DNA of 64,000 bases from assembly GCA_041484665.1 (NCBI GenBank), contig JBGPIA010000008.1:64001-128000 (forward strand). The letters run 5' to 3'. This document shows positions 56,878 through 64,000 of this stretch, in pieces. The notes below the pieces were generated by a model. The model was not told the origin of the DNA. It did no database searches and saw nothing but the letters and a program-made list of their open reading frames with translations. Position 1 is the first letter of the stretch. Every line of letters begins with the position of its first letter. The translations under genes were made by a program, and so were the position numbers. Source of the stretch: Candidatus Krumholzibacteriia bacterium. Lineage in GTDB: Bacteria > Krumholzibacteriota > Krumholzibacteriia > JAJRXK01.

Positions 56878-58050
56878 ATGCGAATCCTGACCGACCCCTC
56901 CTCGCTGGCCGCCTTCTGCCGGGAAGCGACCGCCGCCGGCTCCATCGCCCTGGACATGGAGTTCGAGCGCGAACGCACCTACCGGCCCATCCTGCAGCTG
57001 ATCCAGATCGCCACCCCCAGCGACGCGGTCATCGTGGACCCGCTGGCGCTTGCGGACCTCTCCGCGCTGTGGGAGGTTGTGGGCTCCCCCGACGTGGAGA
57101 CGATCCTGCACGCCGCTGCGCAGGACATGGAGATCTTCTACGACAAGACCGGCTGCGTCCCGCGCCGCTTGTTCGATACCCAGGTGGCCGCCGCGCTGTT
57201 GGGCATGGGCGAGCAGCCGGGCTACGCCGACCTGTTGCGCCGGGTGCTGGGCCTGCGCCTGAAGAAGCACGAGCGCATCACCGATTGGGGGCGCCGCCCG
57301 CTTTCCCCCGCGCAGCTGGACTACGCGCTGGACGACGTGCGCTACCTGCCGCAGTTGCGCGACCGGCTCCATGCCGACCTGGAGCGCATGGGGCGGCTGG
57401 AGTGGCTCGAGGAGGAGCTCGCCCATTTCGCACAGCTGCGCAACTACGAGCGCGATCCGCAGACCCTGTGGATGCGCGTGGCGCGCCATCGCTCCCTCGA
57501 TGGGCGCGGGCTGGCGGTCCTGCGCGAGCTGGCGATCTGGCGCGAGGAGGAGGCCCGGCGGCGCAACGTGCCCCGCGGCCGCGTCGTGCAGGACGACGTG
57601 CTGGTGGAGGTCGCCCGCCGGCAGCCGCGCCAGGAGGACGACCTGCGCGTGCTGCGGCGGCTCAATCCCCGTGAAATCGAGCGCAGCGTGGAGGTGATCC
57701 TCGCGACGGTCCGGCGCGCGCTCGAGATCCCGCAACAGGACTACCCCGTGCTGCCGCCGCTGGGCGAGGACGATCCCGAGCTGGACGTCACCATCGACCT
57801 GCTGAGTGTGTTCGTCCGCAACCGCGCCCGCGAGGCCAAGATCGCCGCCAGCTACCTCGCCACCAAGCGCGAGCTGTCCGATCTGGTGGCCGCCGCGCGT
57901 CACCAACGCAACCGCAACGGCACGCCCCTGCTGCTGCAGGGCTGGCGCTACGAGCTGGTGGGGCGCGACCTCCTGCGACTGATGCAGGGACAAATGGTCC
58001 TGCGCGTGGACCCCCGGACCAGCCGCGTGCAGATCATCGAGCGGGAGTGA
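56878..58050 (+). CDS. rnd: Ribonuclease D
   Basis: ALDMEF, LQLIQI, HAAAQD, FDTQVAA, TDWGRRPL..QLDYALDDV, HRDC WREEEAR, LQGWR. Confidence 0.95.
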   Translation: MRILTDPSSLAAFCREATAAGSIALDMEFERERTYRPILQLIQIATPSDAVIVDPLALADLSALWEVVGSPDVETILHAAAQDMEIFYDKTGCVPRRLFDTQVAAALLGMGEQPGYADLLRRVLGLRLKKHERITDWGRRPLSPAQLDYALDDVRYLPQLRDRLHADLERMGRLEWLEEELAHFAQLRNYERDPQTLWMRVARHRSLDGRGLAVLRELAIWREEEARRRNVPRGRVVQDDVLVEVARRQPRQEDDLRVLRRLNPREIERSVEVILATVRRALEIPQQDYPVLPPLGEDDPELDVTIDLLSVFVRNRAREAKIAASYLATKRELSDLVAAARHQRNRNGTPLLLQGWRYELVGRDLLRLMQGQMVLRVDPRTSRVQIIERE

Positions 58051-58076
58051 GTGTGGCGCGGCTCGGCGTAATCGAC

Positions 58077-58110
58077 CGCTGGAGCCATCCACACGCTGGA
58101 GTCATCCATA
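58077..58110. repeat. 17-bp tandem repeat, each unit containing TGGA-N4-TCCA
   Basis: cgctggagccatccaca at 58077-93 and cgctggagtcatccata at 58094-110. Confidence 0.8.
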
Positions 58111-58450
58111 AGAATCTGCTGAGCGCTCGCTGGGCTGGCCCTCTGCCCGTGCAGCCGGGCTCGGGGTCCGCGGCCGCAGCTCCGACAAGGGGCTGGAGCA
58201 AACGGACCGCGGCGGGGTAGGATACGCGCCGCGCGCCGGCGCGTCCCCCGGGGAGAGGCTCGGCGGCGCAGGGATCGGCGCGGCCGCCCCAACGCACGAG
58301 GCGGCGTCCCGGCCGGGCCGCCTCCACCGGCACGCGGACCGCATGTAGGGTCCGCCAGGATGGCTCTCACCTTCCTTGAAGACGACGAGTGCCGTTGAGC
58401 CGGTTCGCAGTTCAAGTCGAAAAACTGCGCAGCGGATGGGAGCGGAGCAG

Positions 58451-59203
58451 ATGAAGCCGCACCTGCAGCGATGGATCCAGGGCCGCGCGCGGTCGCTCGG
58501 ATACGAGCTACAGCCCGTGTGGAAGATGCGCGACCTCCCACTCAGCGCGCATCTGCGTCAGCTCTTCGACCTGCTGAAGATCGACACGGTCCTGGACGTG
58601 GGCGCCAATATGGGCCAGTACCACGACTTCCTCCGCAAGCACGTGGGCTTCACCGGCACCATCGTCTCCTTCGAGCCGGTGCGCAAGTGCGTGGCCGCGC
58701 TGCGCGAGAGCGCGGCGAGCGATCCGCACTGGAAGGTCGTCGACGTCGCCCTGGGGAGCGCCGATACGACCATGACGATCAATGTGATGAAGTGCGACGA
58801 TTTCAGCAGTTTCCTCGAGCCGGCAGCCTCTGCCCCCGGCGAGTACCGGGACATGAACGCCATCGACCACCAGGAGAACGTCCCGGTGCGGCGCCTGGAC
58901 GGGATCCTCGGCCAGCTCCTGGCGGAGAACGCCAACCCTCGCCTCTACCTGAAACTGGATACCCAGGGCTTCGACCTGCAGGTGGTCGAGGGAACGAGCG
59001 GAGTGCTGGACTGCGTCTACGCCCTGCAGACGGAGATCGCCGTGCAGCGGATCTACGATGGCATGCCCGACTACCTCGCGTCGATCCAGACGCTCAACCA
59101 GAAGGGCTTCCAGCTCACCGGACTGTTTCCCGTGAGTCGCGATGCCTCCCTGCGCCTGGTGGAGCTGGACTGCGTCATGATCAACGCAGCGAAGCGGACG
59201 TAA
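58451..59203 (+). CDS. FkbM family methyltransferase
   Basis: VLDVGANMGQY, SFEP, VRRLD, LKLDTQGFD. Start is 58451 (GGAG RBS) or 58436. Confidence 0.92.
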   Translation: MKPHLQRWIQGRARSLGYELQPVWKMRDLPLSAHLRQLFDLLKIDTVLDVGANMGQYHDFLRKHVGFTGTIVSFEPVRKCVAALRESAASDPHWKVVDVALGSADTTMTINVMKCDDFSSFLEPAASAPGEYRDMNAIDHQENVPVRRLDGILGQLLAENANPRLYLKLDTQGFDLQVVEGTSGVLDCVYALQTEIAVQRIYDGMPDYLASIQTLNQKGFQLTGLFPVSRDASLRLVELDCVMINAAKRT

Positions 59204-59254
59204 GCCGCGGCCGCCTCGCCGCGCGCCTCCCACCCGACGGCGGGACGAGCACCG

Positions 59255-59551
59255 TTACTTCCCCACCACCAGCTTCCCGCGCGTGAACACGTCGGCCAGC
59301 GTGAACGCGATGAGAATCACCAGGAAGATGAAGCCCGAGGCCGCGGTGATCTTCACCACGCGTGTGCTGTAGCGCACGTGCATGAAGAAGAGGATCACCA
59401 GAGTGGACTTGATGCCGGCGATGGCCAGGGCGATCACCACGTTGAGCGGGCCGAAGTCGTGGAAGGCCACCCACACGGTGATCGCGGTGAGCACCAACAG
59501 TATCGTGAACACTGTCAGATAGACTCGCGGAGGGATGACGTGCGCCGCCAT
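59255..59551 (-). CDS. ctaF: Cytochrome c oxidase subunit IV
   Basis: Three TM helices; LLVLTAITV, KSTLVILFFMHVRY; operon position. Confidence 0.92.
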   Translation of the reverse strand: MAAHVIPPRVYLTVFTILLVLTAITVWVAFHDFGPLNVVIALAIAGIKSTLVILFFMHVRYSTRVVKITAASGFIFLVILIAFTLADVFTRGKLVVGK

Positions 59552-59564
59552 GGCCGCGTACCTC

Positions 59565-60266
59565 TCAGTGCCGCCCGATCAGGTAGAGCAGCGGGAACAG
59601 GAAGATCCACACGATGTCGACGAAGTGCCAGTAGAGCCCAGTGCCCTCGACGGGGTGGTTGTAGTCGGGGCCGAAGCGTCCCTTCCAGCACTTGGGGATG
59701 AGCGCCGCCACCAAGCCGATGCCCACGATCATGTGCAGTGCGTGCAGCCCCGTCATGGTGAAGTAGAGGTTGAAGAACATGCGCACGTGGGGCGCGTCCG
59801 GCCCGTGCCAGGCGAAGTGGGGCCCGGGCACCACGTGCTCGTGCCACTTGTGGGTGTACTCGATGGCCTTGATGCCCAGAAAGGTGGATCCCAGCAGGAT
59901 GGTCAGCACCAGGTAGACCACCTGCGTCCGCGCTCGCCCCACCTGCGCGGCCCAGACGGCCATGGCCATCGTGACCGAGCTGGTGATCAGCACCACGGTG
60001 TTGGTGGCGCCCATGCGGATGTCGAGCAGGTGGCTGCCGGCCGCGAAGTCGTGCGGATACCAGATCCGGTACAGGATGTAGGCCATGATCAGACCACCGA
60101 AGAACATGATCTCGGTGGCGAGGAACAGCCAGACGCCGAACGCGACCGATTCGCTCTGCTGCTCGAGCGTCTTGAAATGGTGCGCCAGGTGCGGCGGGTG
60201 CACTGCCGCGCCGGCCGGAGCGGTCCCGTGGGCGTCGTGCGCGTCGTGGGCGTCGGGCTCACGCAC
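59565..60266 (-). CDS. ctaE: Cytochrome c oxidase subunit III
   Basis: [53 protein letters not shown] 60266 follows AGGAGG. Confidence 0.96.
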   Translation of the reverse strand: MREPDAHDAHDAHGTAPAGAAVHPPHLAHHFKTLEQQSESVAFGVWLFLATEIMFFGGLIMAYILYRIWYPHDFAAGSHLLDIRMGATNTVVLITSSVTMAMAVWAAQVGRARTQVVYLVLTILLGSTFLGIKAIEYTHKWHEHVVPGPHFAWHGPDAPHVRMFFNLYFTMTGLHALHMIVGIGLVAALIPKCWKGRFGPDYNHPVEGTGLYWHFVDIVWIFLFPLLYLIGRH

Positions 60267-61935
60267 GGCCGGCCTCCTGGGCGGCCCGCACGCGCTCGGC
60301 GCTGTAGTCATAGGCCTCGGTGGTGACCACCGGCTCGACGGCGAAGTTCTGTGTGATGGGCGGTGAGGCGGTCTGCCATTCCAGGCCCACCGCGCCCCAC
60401 GGGTTGGGCGCGCAGCGCCGGCCGTAGCGCAGCGACCACGTGAAGTAGATCATCGGGATCAGGTACCCCACACCCAGGACGGTGGCCCCTGCGCTGGACA
60501 TGACGTTGAGCACCTGGAACTCCGGTGGATACGAGTGGTAGCGCCGCGGCATGCCCAGGTAGCCCAGGATGAATTGCGGAAAGAAGGTGAGGTTGAAGCC
60601 GATGAAGATCACCAGAGCCGACACCTTGGACCAGAAGGCCGGGTAGAGCTTGCCCGTCATCTTGGGCCACCAGTAGTGCAGCCCGCCCAGGTAACCCATG
60701 ATCGCCCCGCCGACCATGATGTAGTGGAAGTGGGCCACCACGAAGTAGGTGTCGTGCACGTGGATGTCGATCCCCAGGGTCGCCAGCATCACGCCCGTCA
60801 GGCCGCCGATGGTGAACAGCCCGATGAACCCCAGGGCGTAGAGCATGGGGGTCTCCCAGGAGATCGAGCCCTTGTAGAGGGTGGCCGTCCAGTTGAAGAC
60901 CTTCACCGCCGACGGCACCGCCACCAGCATGCTCAGCACCGAGAAGATCGTGGCGGCGTACGCCGATTGCCCGGTGGTGAACATGTGGTGCCCCCACACC
61001 AGGAACCCCAGGACCGCGATCCCCACGCTGGCGTAGGCCACGAACCGATAGCCGAAGATGCGCTTGCGGGCGAAGGCGGCCACGATCTCGCTCACCACCC
61101 CCATCGCTGGCAGGATCATGATGTAGACGGCCGGGTGCGAGTAGAACCAGAACAGATGCTGGAACAGGATCGGGTCGCCGCCCTGCGCCGGGTCGAACAC
61201 TCCGATGTGGAAGACGCGCTCCAGGGCCACCATCAGGATCGTCACCGCGATCACCGGAGTGCCCAGGACCTGGATGATGCTCGTCGCGTAATGGGCCCAC
61301 ACGAACAACGGCAGCCGGAACCAGGTGAGCCCCGGCGCCCGCATGCGGTGGATGGTCACGATGAAATTCAGCCCGGTGAAGATCGAGGCGAAACCGGCGA
61401 TGAAGATCCCCAGCGCCGTGGTGACCACGTAGGTGTTGGAGAACGTCGTGCTGAAGGGCGTGTAGAACGTCCAGCCGGTGTCCACACCGCCATGCAGGAC
61501 CGACCACAGGGTGAACAGCCCGCCCAGGCTGAAGATGTACCAGCTGGCCAGGTTCAGCCTCGGGAACGCCAGATCCTTCGCCCCGATCATCATCGGGATG
61601 AGGAAGTTCCCCAACACCGCCGGGATGCCCGGGATCAGGAAGAAGAAGATCATCAGGATCCCGTGCATCGTGAACAGCCGGTTGTACATGTCCGGCTGTA
61701 CCAGGTCCCCCTGCGGCGTGACCAGCTCCAGGCGGATCAACACCGCCATCAGCCCGCCCAGGAAGAAGAAGAAGGTCACCGAGAACATGTAGAGGATCGC
61801 GATGCGCTTGTGGTCGCGCGTGAGCAGCCACGACTTGATGCCGTACCCGTCGTTGAGGTAGTCGGGGGCGGCTCCCGCGGCTGGGGCGGCCCCGGCCGCC
61901 GCGGCACTCTCGTGGGAGCCAGCATGTGCGTTCAT
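60259..61935 (-). CDS. ctaD: Cytochrome c oxidase subunit I, A2 type
   Basis: [48 protein letters not shown]. Confidence 0.98.
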   Translation of the reverse strand: MNAHAGSHESAAAAGAAPAAGAAPDYLNDGYGIKSWLLTRDHKRIAILYMFSVTFFFFLGGLMAVLIRLELVTPQGDLVQPDMYNRLFTMHGILMIFFFLIPGIPAVLGNFLIPMMIGAKDLAFPRLNLASWYIFSLGGLFTLWSVLHGGVDTGWTFYTPFSTTFSNTYVVTTALGIFIAGFASIFTGLNFIVTIHRMRAPGLTWFRLPLFVWAHYATSIIQVLGTPVIAVTILMVALERVFHIGVFDPAQGGDPILFQHLFWFYSHPAVYIMILPAMGVVSEIVAAFARKRIFGYRFVAYASVGIAVLGFLVWGHHMFTTGQSAYAATIFSVLSMLVAVPSAVKVFNWTATLYKGSISWETPMLYALGFIGLFTIGGLTGVMLATLGIDIHVHDTYFVVAHFHYIMVGGAIMGYLGGLHYWWPKMTGKLYPAFWSKVSALVIFIGFNLTFFPQFILGYLGMPRRYHSYPPEFQVLNVMSSAGATVLGVGYLIPMIYFTWSLRYGRRCAPNPWGAVGLEWQTASPPITQNFAVEPVVTTEAYDYSAERVRAAQEAGRA

Positions 61936-61939
61936 GGCT

Positions 61940-62935
61940 TCATCTCCCCTTGCCGCCGGGTGCGGCCCCGCCGGCCGCTTCCCTGCCCGCGGGCGCCTGC
62001 CCTGCGGACCCCAGGGACTTGATGTAGGTGATCAGCTCCAGGACGTCCTGCTCGGTGAGCTGCCCCTTGAAGGTGGGCATGATCGGCTGGTAGCCCGCCA
62101 CGACCTTGCTGGCCGGCATGAGGATCGACTCGCGCAGGTAGTCCTCGTCCGCCCTGGCGGTCTTGCCGCCCAAGAGCGCCACCTGCCTGCCGAACAACCC
62201 CTGTAGGTACGGCGCGCGTGCGTCGGAATCGGGCCGGTGGCAGGTGTTGCATGCGCGGGCGTCGAACAGCTGGGCGCCGGTCAGCGACATGCCCTGCTGG
62301 CCCTTGGCGCCGTAGAGCCACTGCTCGTACTCCTGCGGCTGCTGGACGATGATGCGGCCCGACATCAACGAGTGCTCCGCCCCGCAGTACTCGGCGCAGA
62401 ACAGCTTGTAGACGCCAGGCTTGGTCGCCGTGAACCAGGTCGTGGTGTAGGTGCCAGGGATCACGTCCTGTTTGATGCGGAAGGCCGGGATGTAGAGCGC
62501 GTGGATCACGTCCTCCGAAGTCATGGTGAGCTTGATGGGGCGTCCCACCGGGACGTGCAGCTCGTTGATCTCGCGGTGCCCCTCGGGGTGCTGGAACTTC
62601 CACATCCACTGCCGGCCCACCACGAAAAACTCCTCGGCGTCGGCCGGCGGGCGCGACGCGTGGAAGAAGACCCGCGCGCCCCAGGCGAACATGAACAGCA
62701 AGATGCACAGCGGCACGACCGACCACACAATCTCCAGGACCGCGGGCGCGTGCCCGGGCTGGCCGACGTCGCCCTCGGCGCGCCGGCGGTACCGGACGGC
62801 GAAGAACAGGATCAGGGCCGCGATCAACAGCGAGAAGACGACGGCCACGCCCAGGCCGAACAGGAAGACCGAGTCGACCTCCTTGGCCAGCGTGGAGGCC
62901 TGCTCCGGGAACAGGGGAAAGTCGGTGCGGAACAC
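61940..62935 (-). CDS. ctaC: Cytochrome c oxidase subunit II with fused cytochrome c (caa3)
   Basis: QWMW, DVIH, Cu[13 protein letters not shown], heme c CNTCH and MP. Confidence 0.97.
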   Translation of the reverse strand: MFRTDFPLFPEQASTLAKEVDSVFLFGLGVAVVFSLLIAALILFFAVRYRRRAEGDVGQPGHAPAVLEIVWSVVPLCILLFMFAWGARVFFHASRPPADAEEFFVVGRQWMWKFQHPEGHREINELHVPVGRPIKLTMTSEDVIHALYIPAFRIKQDVIPGTYTTTWFTATKPGVYKLFCAEYCGAEHSLMSGRIIVQQPQEYEQWLYGAKGQQGMSLTGAQLFDARACNTCHRPDSDARAPYLQGLFGRQVALLGGKTARADEDYLRESILMPASKVVAGYQPIMPTFKGQLTEQDVLELITYIKSLGSAGQAPAGREAAGGAAPGGKGR

Positions 62936-62937
62936 GC

Positions 62938-63912
62938 TCAGGCCACTCCCGCCGCGGCGCGGCGCTGCATCCGCTTGTCGCGCCGGCGCATTGCAAGGAT
63001 GGAAGCGGCGATCGCCAGCATCGTGATCACGCCGCCCGCGCGGACGATGGCCAGGGTCGTGGCGCTGTAACGGCCCAGCTGCGGGTCGTAGTGGAAGCAG
63101 TAGAGCATCAGTTGGTCGACCACGTTGCCGATCTTGCCGTCGGCCGCCTCCACCAGCGCCAGCCGCAAGTCCTTGGGCGGGTAGTCGATCCCGAACAGGT
63201 AGCGGGCCACCTTGCCTTGGGGCGTCAAGATCGTGATGCCGGTCGCGTGGGCGTACTGCTTGGCCTTCTCATCGTAGACGTAGCGGAAGCCCACGGCCGA
63301 GGTGAGCGCCGCGATCGACTCGGGCGGCCCCGTGAGGAAGTGCCAGCCGGCGTCGGTTCCGGCGCGGCCGAAGCTTGCCAGGTAGTTGGCCCGCTTGGCG
63401 GCGGCGAGCTGCGGCCCCTCGGCGGGGTTGAAGCTCACCACGACCAGCTCGAAGTCCTTCCCGGGATCGAACGTGAGCGGCTTGAGCGTGCTCACCACGC
63501 CGTTGAGTACCATCGTGCACAGCATCGGGCACTCGTAGTAGACCAGCGCGAGCAGCACCGGCCGCTTCCCGAAGTAGCGGCCCAGCGTGACGTCCTGGCC
63601 CAGCTCGTCCTTGAAGCGCGCGTCCAGGGGCACCTGCGCGCCCAGCAGCTGGTCGAAGCCAACCTCGCGCAGCTGTGTGGGCAGCGTGCTGGCGGGGCCC
63701 TCGCGCAGCGTCGTCGCCGACGGCAGGCGCGACGCTGGTGTCACCGGTTGCGCCCGCGCGAGCGGCCAGGGTGACGGCGCGACGGCCAGCAGCAGCGCAA
63801 TGGCCAGCCGGACGCACGCCGGCGGCGCGGCAGACCTCGGCACGGGCGCCCGCCGCAGGGGAGTGAACGGAACGCGCGCCGGGCGCGCGCAGGTCTGCGT
63901 CATGATGCTCAC
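62938..63912 (-). CDS. SCO/SenC family Cu chaperone
   Basis: YYECPMLC, WHFLTG, QYAH, CFHYDP, C-terminal TM helix. Confidence 0.93.
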   Translation of the reverse strand: MSIMTQTCARPARVPFTPLRRAPVPRSAAPPACVRLAIALLLAVAPSPWPLARAQPVTPASRLPSATTLREGPASTLPTQLREVGFDQLLGAQVPLDARFKDELGQDVTLGRYFGKRPVLLALVYYECPMLCTMVLNGVVSTLKPLTFDPGKDFELVVVSFNPAEGPQLAAAKRANYLASFGRAGTDAGWHFLTGPPESIAALTSAVGFRYVYDEKAKQYAHATGITILTPQGKVARYLFGIDYPPKDLRLALVEAADGKIGNVVDQLMLYCFHYDPQLGRYSATTLAIVRAGGVITMLAIAASILAMRRRDKRMQRRAAAGVA

Positions 63913-64000
63913 CAGCTTCTGGGCGCCTTTCCCTTAGCCGGGCGGCTCGCTGCGGCGCCGGGCGAGGCGCCTGCAGGGTTGGAGGCCGCCGCGGAGTCCG
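63909..64000 (-). CDS. 3' end of an upstream gene (partial)
   Basis: Frame ...DSAAASNPAGASPGAAASRPAKGKAPRSW* ends in a TGA that overlaps the SCO GTG. Confidence 0.45.
   Translation of the reverse strand, partial: DSAAASNPAGASPGAAASRPAKGKAPRSW

Overview
Very GC-rich, gene-dense bacterial chromosome segment, mostly housekeeping, with about 45 CDS. The lineage is probably a diderm FCB-group relative such as Krumholzibacteriota, Eisenbacteria or Latescibacterota; this is inferred from the FlgD-Ig-like C-terminal domains and gene content and is unverified. Left to right: RNase E/G (truncated by the left edge); a degenerate TIGR03960/TIGR03936 fusion; tldD; a purB-purL-purQ-purS(x2 fusion)-purF operon; HtrA; a transaldolase-family protein; truA; asd; HEAT-cyclophilin; a lytic transglycosylase; lemA-TPM-TPM; an ABC-2 exporter; alaS; an M16 peptidase; a candidate structured ncRNA; pdxTS; a GT-C-like membrane protein; archaeal-type proS; an M6 protease; a sigma54 two-component module with a helical-repeat protein and an outer-membrane barrel; lipA; an MBL hydrolase; an SDR; a cobalamin riboswitch-btuB-beta-propeller unit; cnoX; PPi-type PFK; rlmI; rnd; FkbM; and an A2-type caa3 oxidase with SCO. 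No CRISPR array, rRNA, tRNA, transposase or prophage was seen. The best leads are the stand-alone structured RNA at about 32460-32620, the sigma54 enhancer/IHF/-24-12 controlled envelope module, the riboswitch-controlled BtuB plus CTD-bearing propeller, the radical-SAM pseudoenzyme, and the single-chain PurS dimer. All calls are by eye from motifs and recalled family consensus; no database search was run.
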